DNA from: Dehalococcoidales bacterium
GTDB taxonomy: Bacteria; Chloroflexota; Dehalococcoidia; Dehalococcoidales; BS750m-G39
Reading direction: 5' to 3'
Length of the DNA: 53,473 nucleotides
Assembly: GCA_034409905.1 (NCBI GenBank)
Contig: DAOUMR010000080.1
Span: 1-53,473 of the forward strand
Each line of letters opens with the position of its first letter. Position 1 is the stretch's first letter. The notes beneath the pieces are model-generated. The model did not search any database. It worked only from the letters and a program-made list of their open reading frames with translations, and was not told the origin of the DNA. A program made the position numbers and the translations under genes. This document shows positions 44,850-53,249 of this stretch, in pieces.

Positions 44850-45677
44850 TTAGGTGAGCTCAGCGAGCAGCTTTTCGTCCATAGTGTGACTCTGTTTTTC
44901 AGTGGGGAATTTGCCCGCCTTGACCTCGTCGCGGTATTCCGTTACCGCTTTAGAGATAATATCGGTGAGCTTGGCGTACTGCTTGGCATGCCCGGGGACA
45001 AAGTCGGTAAAAGAACCGAGAATATCATTAATGACCTGCACCTGGCCGTCGCAGTCGGGGCCGGCACCGATACCGATGGTGGGGATGCCTATCTTTTTGG
45101 TGATGAGCTTAGCCAGTGGGGCGGGCACCGTCTCTAAAACGATGGCGAAGGCTCCGGCTTGCTCAAGAGCGCGGGCGTCTACCAAGAGCCTGGCGGCGGC
45201 TTCGGGGGTCTTGCCCTGGAGCTTGAAACCGCCGAACTGGTGGATGGACTGGGGGGTAAGACCGATGTGGCCCATGACGGGGATGCCGCATTCGACGATG
45301 CGCTTTACCTTTTCCGCTACCGTGACGCCGCCTTCGAGCTTTACCGCCTGGGCGCCGCCTTCCTGGATAAAGCGGGCGGCGTTATAGAGGGCGTCTTCGA
45401 CGCTGATATGGTAGGTCATGAAGGGCATATCGCCGATGACCATCGCCTTTTTAGTGCCCTTGACCACCGCCTTGGTGTGGTGGAGCATCTCTTCCATGGT
45501 GACGGGGATGGTGGATTCGTAGCCGAGGACGACCATGCCCAGGCTGTCGCCAACCAGGATGAGGGGTATTTCGGCCTCGTCGACGAGTTTGGCGGTGGCG
45601 TAGTCGTAGGCGGTGAGCATGGTGATTTTCTCACCTTTTTGCTTCATTTCCTTTATCTGGTTGATGGTTATGCGCAT
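44850..45677 (-). CDS. panB: 3-methyl-2-oxobutanoate hydroxymethyltransferase
   Basis: MLTAYDY..., LVGDSLGMVVLGY, KLEGG motifs. 275 aa. Confidence 0.92.
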   Translation of the reverse strand: MRITINQIKEMKQKGEKITMLTAYDYATAKLVDEAEIPLILVGDSLGMVVLGYESTIPVTMEEMLHHTKAVVKGTKKAMVIGDMPFMTYHISVEDALYNAARFIQEGGAQAVKLEGGVTVAEKVKRIVECGIPVMGHIGLTPQSIHQFGGFKLQGKTPEAAARLLVDARALEQAGAFAIVLETVPAPLAKLITKKIGIPTIGIGAGPDCDGQVQVINDILGSFTDFVPGHAKQYAKLTDIISKAVTEYRDEVKAGKFPTEKQSHTMDEKLLAELT

Positions 45678-45714
45678 GGCTGAGACCTCCTTGAGCGGTC
45701 TTCAAGCATATTGG

Positions 45715-45925
45715 GGGGCTTTCCAACCAACCCCACTCTGTTAGCGTACGTAAGAATGTCCCAACCCAGCCCGCCCTAATGAGTTAAACTCCTTAATCTG
45801 GGGGTTACGGCCACCCCGCCCCCCATTTTGTCATTCCCGCCCCGTATCACGTACGGGGTAAACTCCGGCGGGAATCCAGCCCCTCTTCCCCCCTTAGATT
45901 GCTTCGCTTCGCTCGCAATGACAGA
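45715..45925. repeat. Mosaic repeat cluster R11 (A variant, nested P1, P2) between panB and panD
   Basis: AACCCCACTCTGTTAGCGTACGTAAGAATGTCCCAACCCAGCCCGCCCTAATGAGTTAAACTCCTTAATCTGGGGG. ATTCCCGCC[CCGTATCACGTACGGGGTAAACT]CCGGCGGGAAT (45833-45875). GATTGCTTCGCTTCGCTCGCAATGAC. Confidence 0.85.
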
Positions 45926-45929
45926 ATGA

Positions 45930-46310
45930 CTAGAAGGGTATGGCGTCGACGATATGTTTGGTCTTAGTGATGACGTTGTTTTCGTCGACATAGACCAGCC
46001 GGGGCAGGAAGTTTTTGACCTCAGCCTCTGGGACGTCGCGGTAGGTAAGGATGATGACGGTATCGCCCTTGGAGGCAAGCCTGGCCGCGGGCCCCTGGAT
46101 GCCTATCATGCCGCTGTCGGTGGGGGCTTCAATGGCGTAGGTGATAAAGCGGGCGCCGTTGTTGGCGTTCAAGACCTGCACCTGTTCGTAGGGGCGGATA
46201 TCCGCCTCATCCATGAGCCGCTTGTCGATGGCGATGCTGCCCTCGTATTCGAGGTTGGCTTCGGTGACGGTGGCCCGGTGGATCTTGCTTTTGAGCATTA
46301 TTCGCATCAT
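45930..46310 (-). CDS. panD: Aspartate 1-decarboxylase
   Basis: [25 protein letters not shown] (self-processing G-S site). 126 aa. Confidence 0.9.
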   Translation of the reverse strand: MMRIMLKSKIHRATVTEANLEYEGSIAIDKRLMDEADIRPYEQVQVLNANNGARFITYAIEAPTDSGMIGIQGPAARLASKGDTVIILTYRDVPEAEVKNFLPRLVYVDENNVITKTKHIVDAIPF

Positions 46311-46325
46311 AACCCTCCCGTTTAT

Positions 46326-47180
46326 TTATCGGAGTACGCTTTCAAGCTCCTTGGCTTGAGATTGGTCTATTTTGCCCTTAGCCAGGGCGATGGGTACGGT
46401 CTGCCGGCCGAGCTCACGGTAGGTGGTGAGGAGGTGGGGGGCGGTCTCGTTAAGAGCGTCGAGGTGCTTGTTGATGGTGCCGATATCGCCGCGAGCGATA
46501 GGCCCGGTGAGGCAGTTGGGTATTCCAATGGTTTCGATATTATGCAGCGTTCCGCGGAGCAGGGGGAGCAGTGCCTGTGTGGCTTTTTGGGGGGGAACGC
46601 CGAAGCTTTGCCAGAGGTCACCAGCCATCTTGACCAGTGTTACCAGGTAGTTACAGGCGATGACCGCCGAGGTATGATATAAGACTTTGTCGCTGGCCTT
46701 GAGCACCACGACGTTGCCGCCGAGGGCGGCCGCCATCTCTTTGAGCGTGGTCAGCAGGGGCTCTTCGGCTTCCAGTCCGAAGGTCGAGCCGGGCATGTTG
46801 TCTATGGCCTGCCTGAGGCTGGCGAAGGTCTGCAAAGGGTGAAATGCGCCGACCTGGGCACCCGCTTTTTTGGCGGGCTCCAGAATATCAACGGAATCGG
46901 CACCGCTGCAATGAATAACGCTTTGACCGGGGTGCCATTTAATCTCAGCGGCGACGGGGGCGATGGCGTCGTCGGGCGTGGTGATAAAGATAAGCTCGGC
47001 GTTATCGGCGGCGGCCTGGTTGCTGTCAAAGACGCGGCTGCCACCGACGGCATCCGCCAGCTTTTGCGCCGATGCCTTAGTGCGGCTGGCTACGGCGACT
47101 ACGGGGTAACCGCTCTGGTTCAAGCGTACCGCCAGGGCAGTGCCTACCGTTCCCGCGCCAATAAAGCCTAATTTGAGCAT
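46326..47180 (-). CDS. panG: Rossmann-fold DUF2520 protein, probable ketopantoate reductase (PanG-type)
   Basis: N-terminal GFIGAGTVGTAL dinucleotide-binding fold and a DUF2520-like C-terminus. Sits directly upstream of panD-panB. The PanG assignment rests on context and my memory of the family. Confidence 0.55.
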   Translation of the reverse strand: MLKLGFIGAGTVGTALAVRLNQSGYPVVAVASRTKASAQKLADAVGGSRVFDSNQAAADNAELIFITTPDDAIAPVAAEIKWHPGQSVIHCSGADSVDILEPAKKAGAQVGAFHPLQTFASLRQAIDNMPGSTFGLEAEEPLLTTLKEMAAALGGNVVVLKASDKVLYHTSAVIACNYLVTLVKMAGDLWQSFGVPPQKATQALLPLLRGTLHNIETIGIPNCLTGPIARGDIGTINKHLDALNETAPHLLTTYRELGRQTVPIALAKGKIDQSQAKELESVLR

Positions 47181-47203
47181 TTAACCCCCTACCCCTTTAA
47201 ACT

Positions 47204-47234
47204 AAAAAAGCCTTCTCCGACACGCAGAGAAGGC
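47204..47234 (-). terminator. Intrinsic terminator at the end of the leader upstream of panG-like
   Basis: Minus strand: GCCUUCUC-ugcgugucg-GAGAAGGC followed by UUUUUU. It ends 24 nt before the panG-like ATG (47180). Confidence 0.6.
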
Positions 47235-47343
47235 ATTCTAAATACTTTAGCTATTTCTGCCGTCTCGGTCGTATCCGATCCAAGCGGACCCAGATTGTTA
47301 ATTTTAAAGTTATTTAGCTTACCGCCCCCACGGGTCGATAGCC
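47204..47343 (-). promoter_or_regulatory. Candidate cis-regulatory leader RNA (attenuator/riboswitch-like; possibly pan-motif related)
   Basis: Roughly 140-nt non-coding stretch between its own promoter and the terminator. A long-range 12-bp helix with one bulged A (47305-47317 with 47238-47250). GAGACGGC (47259-47266) can pair with the 5' arm of the terminator (7 of 8 bp), which gives a possible antiterminator. Confidence 0.4.
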
Positions 47344-47349
47344 ATTTTC

Positions 47350-47378
47350 AGTATATGAGCTGAAGGGGGTTTTGTCAA
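47350..47378 (-). promoter_or_regulatory. Sigma70-type promoter of the pan leader
   Basis: Minus strand: TTGACA (47373-47378), 17 nt, TATACT (47350-47355), starting 14 nt after the pyrE stop. Confidence 0.5.
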
Positions 47379-47391
47379 TAGGTCTTTTAGT

Positions 47392-47961
47392 CTAGCCGCC
47401 GCCGGGTTTGACCAGGGGGATTTTGGCTTTGCAAAGGGGGCAGTCTTCGGGGGAGTAGGTCACCGTTTCGGCGCGGAGGCAGCTGAAGAGGGGGACGCCG
47501 AAGTCCAACTTCTGTTCGGAGCGGTCGACGAGGACGCCGATGCCGACGATATTTCCGCCCAGCTTTTTTGCTGCCGCTATCGTCTGTCGGATGGAACCGC
47601 CCGTGGTCATGATGTCGTCCACGATTAAAACCCGCTCGCCGGGCTCGATATTAAAACCGCGCTTGAAGGACCGTTCTTTTTCGCCCGTCTTTTCGGCGAA
47701 GATGCCCCTGACTCCCAGTTGCTTTGCGGTCTCGAAGGCGAGGATGATGCCGCCCGTGGTGGGGGCGGCGACGACCTCGATTTTCTGGTCGCGGAAGTGG
47801 TCGGCAATCATTCGGCAGAGTTTTTCGGTGTGGGGTGGGGACTGGAGGACCTTGAACTTTTCCCAGTAGATGGGGGAGTGCAGGCCTGAGGTGAGCAGGA
47901 AGTGACCTTTTAGTATCGCCCCCGCTTGCTCGAAGATTTCTTTAGCGTTTATTTGCCTCAC
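47392..47961 (-). CDS. pyrE: Orotate phosphoribosyltransferase
   Basis: GHFLLTSGLHS and PRPP-binding motif VLIVDDIMTTGGS. GTG start. Confidence 0.85.
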   Translation of the reverse strand: MRQINAKEIFEQAGAILKGHFLLTSGLHSPIYWEKFKVLQSPPHTEKLCRMIADHFRDQKIEVVAAPTTGGIILAFETAKQLGVRGIFAEKTGEKERSFKRGFNIEPGERVLIVDDIMTTGGSIRQTIAAAKKLGGNIVGIGVLVDRSEQKLDFGVPLFSCLRAETVTYSPEDCPLCKAKIPLVKPGGG

Positions 47962-47964
47962 CCC

Positions 47965-48215
47965 CTGTTTCTAAAGCGCGTTTTTCGGCCCACCCAACCT
48001 CCCCACCTTGTTTAGCGTAAGTTTTTCTGTCCCGCCCAAATCCCACCCTATAAGGGTGGTTCCCCTTATATATTCCCTTGTTGGGTTGCGCTACCCAACC
48101 CCGCTCTGTTAGCGTAGGTATTGTCGTCCCACCCAATACCCACCCTATAGAGGTTAGACCTCTATAAACTCCTTATTGGGGTACGCCCCACCACCCGGGT
48201 GGTGCCCCTTTTATA
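47965..48215. repeat. Mosaic repeat cluster R12 (half A, A, A, extra hairpin)
   Basis: Two full same-orientation A copies (about 48000-48090 and 48098-48185), preceded by a half copy and followed by CCACCACCCGGGTGGTG. Confidence 0.85.
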
Positions 48216-48223
48216 TCCCCACA

Positions 48224-48775
48224 TCAGGGAGAGCCAGTGGCGGGAGCTTCAAGCTGCTCTTCTAGCGGGTAGTTGTTGGCTCCTCCCCATTCGTGTGGAG
48301 GCCAGTAGGAAAACCAGGCTTTGCCGATTATGGCGTCGCGGGTTATCGTCCAGCCGGTATGGGAATCGTTGGCGTTATTGCGGTTATCGCCGAGGACAAA
48401 GTATTCGTCCTCGTCGAGCTCTTGCAGGGGGAAGGTATAGGCGGGGGCTTCCTTTTTATAGGGCTCTTCCAAGGCGATGCCGTTGATGTAGACGGCGCCG
48501 TCTTTTATCTCCACCGTGTCGCCAGGCAGGGCGATGAGGCGCTTGATATAGACTTCGTCGGCCTCGAAGGGCGGCTTGAGTATTATCACGTCGCCCCTTT
48601 CCGGGTCGTGAAACCAGTAGGTCGCTTTGCTGACCAGTATCCATTCGCCTTCAACATAGTTGGGCTCCATGCAGGTCTCTCTTACCTTGTAAGCCTGAAC
48701 GGTTGCCTTGAGGGCGAGGAAAATGGCCAGGGCTATGACCAATGTTATCAGGACGTCGCGGAGAACCGTTTTCAT
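48224..48775 (-). CDS. lepB: Signal peptidase I with Cys at the nucleophile position
   Basis: N-terminal TM. Box B reads VRETCMEPN (canonical ..G-S-M-x-P-T). Box D YIKRLIALPGD (general-base Lys). Box E GDNRNNANDSH. Confidence 0.8.
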   Translation of the reverse strand: MKTVLRDVLITLVIALAIFLALKATVQAYKVRETCMEPNYVEGEWILVSKATYWFHDPERGDVIILKPPFEADEVYIKRLIALPGDTVEIKDGAVYINGIALEEPYKKEAPAYTFPLQELDEDEYFVLGDNRNNANDSHTGWTITRDAIIGKAWFSYWPPHEWGGANNYPLEEQLEAPATGSP

Positions 48776-48849
48776 TTATATATTTATTTTATCCTCTCTA
48801 GCTGGTTTTAATTATACCTTATCTGGCGGTGTACTTGCTAGGGGAGGTT

Positions 48850-49095
48850 TTCTTCCCCACCCCCCACTCTGTTAGCGTGCGTTTTTCTTTCCCACCCAAT
48901 ACCCGCCCTACAGAAGTGTCACTTCTATAGATTTCTCTCCCCACTCCCCAACGGGAGAAGTCTCTAAATCCTAATATCTAAACTCTAAACAGGCACGAAT
49001 TGCGTTGTTTAGTATTTAGGATTTCGTGCTTAGAGTTTCTAATGGGTGGGAATAGATAAAATTGGGGGTATGAGATTGCTTCGTTTCGCTGGCAA
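48850..49095. repeat. Mosaic repeat cluster R13 (A, Z, reversed X, P2)
   Basis: CCCCCCACTCTGTTAGCGTGCGTTTTTCTTTCCCACCCAATACCCGCCCTACAGAAGTGTCACTTCTATAG. Z (CTCTAAATCCTAATATCTAAACTCTAAACAGGCACGAA...TTAGGATTTCGTGCTTAGAGTT). GGGTGGGAATAGATAAAATTGGGGG. GATTGCTTCGTTTCGCTGGCAATGAC. Confidence 0.85.
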
Positions 49096-49107
49096 TGACG
49101 GTAGGAT

Positions 49108-49137
49108 TTGCACTTTTTTTAAGGTAGGTGCTAGAAT
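49108..49137 (+). promoter_or_regulatory. Sigma70-type promoter placing the ribD start next to its ATG (leaderless)
   Basis: TTGCAC (49108-49113), 18 nt, TAGAAT (49132-49137), 9 nt, ATG 49147. No SD. Confidence 0.45.
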
Positions 49138-49146
49138 GGCGGTGCT

Positions 49147-50241
49147 ATGGACTACATGGAGCAAGCGCTCTCTCTGGCGAAGCTGGCTCTGGGGCAGGCC
49201 AGCCCCAACCCCGCCGTGGGGGCGGTGGTGGTTAAGGGGGGCGAGGTTGTCGGGCAGGGCTATACCCAGCCACCGGGCTCCCACCACGCCGAGGTCATCG
49301 CCCTTAAGCAGGCGGGGAAAAAGGCGGCGGGGGGCACCATGTACGTCACTCTGGAGCCCTGCGCCCACCAGGGGCGGACACCGCCCTGCATCGGGGCTAT
49401 TATCTCCGCGGGCATAAGCGAGGTGCACATGGCCATGCTCGACCCCAATCCCATCGTCTCGGGGCGGGGACAGGAAGAGCTGAAGAAGGCGGGGATTAAG
49501 ACCACCCTGGGCAAGCACGAAGAGGAAGCCAGGGAGGTCAACGAGGCCTATATCAAGTATATTACCACGGGCCTGCCCTTCGTCACCGCCAAGTTCGCCA
49601 TGAGCCTGGACGGCAAGATTGCCACCAAAGAGGGACACTCCCGCTGGATTAGCGGTACCGAATCGAGGAAATTCGTGCACTGTTTGCGCTATGCTAGCGA
49701 TGCCATTATGGCCGGAATAAATACGCTCTTGGCCGATAACCCCCACCTCACCAGCCGCTGCTCGGGGGGGAAGGGGGGAGTGGCCCGAAAGCAGCCGTTA
49801 AGGGTCATCGTGGACGGCAAGGGGCGCACGCCCCTGAATTCAAAGGTGTTCAGCGAACCGGGCAATACGCTGCTGGTAGTGGGCCACAGGCTCGACCCGG
49901 AGCAAAAGGCGGCTTTTAATAAAGTTGGCGCCGAGGTGATGGAACCACCTAAAGAGTACGATAAGGTTGATTTGGAGATATTGCTGAGAGACCTGGGCAA
50001 GCGGGAAATCACCAGCGTTGTGGTGGAGGGGGGCGGCATCCTGCTCGGCTCACTTTTCGACCTGGGGCTGGTGGACAAGGTTATTGCCTTTATCGCCCCC
50101 ATCATTATCGGCGGGGCCAATGCCCGGTCGGCGGTGGTTGGCGAAGGGGTGAGTAAGGTCAGCGAGGCGTTCCGTCTGGAGAGGGTGAAGGTGGTGAGGT
50201 TGGGGGACGACATAGTGGTCAGCGGCTACGTCGCCAAATAA
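49147..50241 (+). CDS. ribD: Bifunctional riboflavin biosynthesis deaminase/reductase
   Basis: Deaminase zinc motif HAEVIAL...PCAHQGRTPPC, then the reductase domain (TAKFAMSLDGKIA). Confidence 0.9.
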   Translation: MDYMEQALSLAKLALGQASPNPAVGAVVVKGGEVVGQGYTQPPGSHHAEVIALKQAGKKAAGGTMYVTLEPCAHQGRTPPCIGAIISAGISEVHMAMLDPNPIVSGRGQEELKKAGIKTTLGKHEEEAREVNEAYIKYITTGLPFVTAKFAMSLDGKIATKEGHSRWISGTESRKFVHCLRYASDAIMAGINTLLADNPHLTSRCSGGKGGVARKQPLRVIVDGKGRTPLNSKVFSEPGNTLLVVGHRLDPEQKAAFNKVGAEVMEPPKEYDKVDLEILLRDLGKREITSVVVEGGGILLGSLFDLGLVDKVIAFIAPIIIGGANARSAVVGEGVSKVSEAFRLERVKVVRLGDDIVVSGYVAK

Positions 50242-50252
50242 CGAGGATTGAA

Positions 50253-50879
50253 GTGTTTACTGGAATCGTAGAAGAGGTGGGTAGGGTTATCTCATCGGCG
50301 GGAGACTTTAAAATCGCCGCCGATAAGGTTCTCGACGGCGTGCAGAAAGGCGATAGTATGGCCGTCAACGGCGTCTGCCTGACCGTAACCGCTTTAGACG
50401 ATAAGTCCTTCTCCGCCGATGTCATGCCGGAGACGCTGGATAAGACCAACCTGGGGCTCTTGCGCCCCGGTGACGGGGTTAATTTAGAAAGACCCCTGTC
50501 GGCAAACGGCCGGCTGGGTGGCCACTTCGTCCAGGGGCATATCGACGACACGGGACGCGTAAGCTCGGTTGACCATCGTGGCGATGCCTTACTGCTCGGC
50601 TTCGATGTTCCACCCAGGCTCATGCCCTATATCGTGGAGAAGGGCTTTATCGCTGTCGATGGGGTCAGCCTAACTGTTGTCTCCAGGGATAATAACTCCT
50701 TCCAGGTATCAATAGTCGGCTATACGCGTGAAAACACCACCCTGGGGAACAGGGGGGTAGGGGATGTCGTCAACTTGGAAGTGGACATTATAGCCAAATA
50801 TGTGGAACAATTAAATAAGCCGCATAGCGGTGGTATAACCTTAGAATTCTTAGAGGAGCACGGCTTCCTGGTCGGTTAG
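50253..50879 (+). CDS. ribE: Riboflavin synthase (alpha chain)
   Basis: GTG start. [10 protein letters not shown], duplicated lumazine-binding repeats ([13 protein letters not shown] / [12 protein letters not shown]). Confidence 0.9.
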   Translation: MFTGIVEEVGRVISSAGDFKIAADKVLDGVQKGDSMAVNGVCLTVTALDDKSFSADVMPETLDKTNLGLLRPGDGVNLERPLSANGRLGGHFVQGHIDDTGRVSSVDHRGDALLLGFDVPPRLMPYIVEKGFIAVDGVSLTVVSRDNNSFQVSIVGYTRENTTLGNRGVGDVVNLEVDIIAKYVEQLNKPHSGGITLEFLEEHGFLVG

Positions 50880-50887
50880 GGGGGAAT

Positions 50888-52105
50888 ATGGGACTATCAA
50901 CTATTGAAGAAGCGATTAAAGATGTAAAAGAGGGAAGGTTCGTCATCATCGTTGATGACGAGGACAGGGAGAACGAGGGCGACCTGGCGCTGGCCGCGGA
51001 AAAGGTCAGCCCCCAGGCGATTAACTTTATGACCAAACACGGGCGGGGCTTGGTCTGCCTGCCGGTTGTCGGAGAGCGGTTGGACAAATTACAACTGCCC
51101 CTGATGGTCGATGAGAACACCTGCAAGTTCGGCACCGCCTTCACCGTGTCGGTGGACGCCAAGCAGGGGACCACCACCGGTATCTCAGCGGCGGACCGGG
51201 CGCAGACGGTTAAGACCGTCATCGACCCCGCTACCCGGCCCGACGACCTGGTCAGGCCGGGGCATATCTTCCCGCTAAGGGCCAGAGAGGGTGGGGTGCT
51301 GGTGCGGGCGGGACAGACGGAGGCCATCGTCGATTTAGCCCGACTGGCCGGTCTCTATCCAGCCGGGGTTATCTGCGAGATTATGAACGAGGATGGCACC
51401 ATGGCCAGGCTGCCTCAGCTTGAGGAGATTGCCGACAAGTTCGACATTAAGATAATATCGGTGGCCGACCTTATCGCCTACCGCCGCCGCCACGAAAAGC
51501 TGGTGCACCGTGTGGCTGAGGCCAAGCTGCCCACCAGGTACGGTGAGTTCACCGCCATCGCCTACCGCAGCGACATCGACCCTGACGAGCACTTGGCGCT
51601 GGTGATGGGGGACCTGGATACCGATGAGCCCGTTCTGGTGCGGGTGCACAGTGAGTGCCTCACCGGTGATGTCTTCGGCAGCCTGCGCTGCGACTGCGGC
51701 GACCAGATCGGGATGGCTATGGAGAGCATCGCCAAGGAGGGGCGGGGCGTCTTCCTCTATATGAGGCAGGAGGGGCGGGGCATCGGCTTCCATAATAAGA
51801 TACGGGCTTACGCCCTTCAGGACAAGGGGCTGGATACGGTGGAGGCTAACCTTTCCTTAGGTTTCCCCTCCGACCTGCGTGATTACGGCATTGGCGCCCA
51901 GATTCTAGCCGACCTGGGCTTACATGACATAAAGCTATTGACCAACAACCCCAAGAAGGTCATCGGTCTGGAGGGCTACGGGCTCAAAGTGGTGGAAAAG
52001 GTGCCGATTATTATTACCCCCAACCCTTATAACCGCAACTACCTGGTGACCAAGCAGAAAAAGATGGGTCACCGCCTGGAGATACCCGATATCGCCGATA
52101 ATTAA
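50888..52105 (+). CDS. ribBA: Bifunctional 3,4-dihydroxy-2-butanone-4-phosphate synthase / GTP cyclohydrolase II
   Basis: DHBP synthase ([12 protein letters not shown]) plus GCH II zinc motif ([18 protein letters not shown]). Confidence 0.92.
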   Translation: MGLSTIEEAIKDVKEGRFVIIVDDEDRENEGDLALAAEKVSPQAINFMTKHGRGLVCLPVVGERLDKLQLPLMVDENTCKFGTAFTVSVDAKQGTTTGISAADRAQTVKTVIDPATRPDDLVRPGHIFPLRAREGGVLVRAGQTEAIVDLARLAGLYPAGVICEIMNEDGTMARLPQLEEIADKFDIKIISVADLIAYRRRHEKLVHRVAEAKLPTRYGEFTAIAYRSDIDPDEHLALVMGDLDTDEPVLVRVHSECLTGDVFGSLRCDCGDQIGMAMESIAKEGRGVFLYMRQEGRGIGFHNKIRAYALQDKGLDTVEANLSLGFPSDLRDYGIGAQILADLGLHDIKLLTNNPKKVIGLEGYGLKVVEKVPIIITPNPYNRNYLVTKQKKMGHRLEIPDIADN

Positions 52106-52120
52106 CAAAAGGAGAAAGCA

Positions 52121-52600
52121 ATGAGCAAACCTATTGAAGGAATGCTGGTAGGGAAGGGGCTGAAGTTCGGGCTGGTCGTTTCCCGTTTCAACGATTTTCT
52201 TACCCAGAAGCTGCTCGACGGGGCGCAGGATGCCCTGCTCCGCCACGGCGTTGCCCAGGCGGATATCGATGTCGCCTGGGTGCCGGGCTCGTTCGAGATT
52301 CCCCTCATCGCCAAGAAGCTAGCCCAGACCAAGCGCTATGACGCTGTTATTTGCCTGGGGGCGGTGATAAGAGGGGGAACGCCTCACTTTGAATATATCT
52401 CCGCCGAGGTAACCAAGGGGATTGCCATGGTGGGGCTGGAGACGGGGCTGCCGGTTATCTACGGCGTAATTACGGCTGATAGCCTGGAGCAGGCTATCGG
52501 GCGGGCCGGGACAAAAGAGGGGAACCAGGGCTTTAAAGCCGCGGTCAGCGCTATCGAGATGGCTAATCTGGTGAAGAGCATCGCCAAGCCCAAACCCTAG
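52121..52600 (+). CDS. ribH: 6,7-dimethyl-8-ribityllumazine synthase
   Basis: [17 protein letters not shown]..., [22 protein letters not shown]. Confidence 0.92.
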   Translation: MSKPIEGMLVGKGLKFGLVVSRFNDFLTQKLLDGAQDALLRHGVAQADIDVAWVPGSFEIPLIAKKLAQTKRYDAVICLGAVIRGGTPHFEYISAEVTKGIAMVGLETGLPVIYGVITADSLEQAIGRAGTKEGNQGFKAAVSAIEMANLVKSIAKPKP

Positions 52601-52884
52601 AAGGACGTAGCCACCGTCAGCTTGGACGGTTCGGTCAGCAGGGGTTCAATCTTGGACTCAACCTCTAAGCGCTTGGGGTCGCCTTTCCAGGACTGCCAGT
52701 CGAGCTCGCTCTGCCAGGTGCTCAGGGCAAAGATGGTGGACTTGTCTTCCTGGCTCTGGAGAAGCTCACCGGAGACATAGCCCGGTTGCTCGATTAGCTC
52801 GGTGCGCAGATTGTTCAATAGCTCGATGAGGTGACCTTCTTTACCCTTTTTTACGTGCCGTTCTATCAGTACCTTTAGTGCCAT
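52597..52884 (-). CDS. Antibiotic biosynthesis monooxygenase (ABM) domain protein
   Basis: 95-aa ferredoxin-like ABM pattern (...[12 protein letters not shown]...[12 protein letters not shown]). Its stop overlaps the ribH stop (CTAG, convergent). Confidence 0.6.
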   Translation of the reverse strand: MALKVLIERHVKKGKEGHLIELLNNLRTELIEQPGYVSGELLQSQEDKSTIFALSTWQSELDWQSWKGDPKRLEVESKIEPLLTEPSKLTVATSF

Positions 52885-52910
52885 ATTTTTGCTTTCTAGT
52901 TGATTGGCTT

Positions 52911-53165
52911 TTAGTCGGTAACCTTGTAGACGGTGTCACCCCGCCTTACCCGCTCGTTGACCTTGATGCCAACCGAGTCCCCGGTTTTGGCTTCGCTAAC
53001 GTTGGCGTTGTTAATCTGCATTGAGTCAACAACAAATTCCATATCGGTAGTGTGGCCCTTGATATGGATTTTGTCGCCCAGTTTGAGGCTGCCACTCATC
53101 TCAATGCCAGCCACCACCGGCCGAGCGAAGAAGTCGCTTACCTTGCCGATTTCTTTCTCGGGCAT
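52911..53165 (-). CDS. Small beta-barrel protein resembling translation factor domain II
   Basis: 84 aa: LKLGDKIHIKGHTTD...A.TGDSVGIKV..RVRRGDTVYKV, reminiscent of the EF-Tu domain 2 barrel. Confidence 0.45.
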   Translation of the reverse strand: MPEKEIGKVSDFFARPVVAGIEMSGSLKLGDKIHIKGHTTDMEFVVDSMQINNANVSEAKTGDSVGIKVNERVRRGDTVYKVTD

Positions 53166-53249
53166 TGGCTCCCTCCTTCACAATTTTTTATTTCCTAGTA
53201 TAGGACGATGTTTTTAATAAATCAATAGATTTTGGGTAAGGTTTTGGGC

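Noticed and set aside
49039-49746. 235-aa minus-strand ORF opposite ribD. Likewise 26984-27694 (+), 45954-46682 (+), 45159-45683 (+), 37557-38081 (+), 31860-32417 (+), 9688-10146 (+) and 1918-2391 (-)
   Set aside because: All are antisense shadows of strongly supported genes, with no RBS and high-GC codon-position artefacts.
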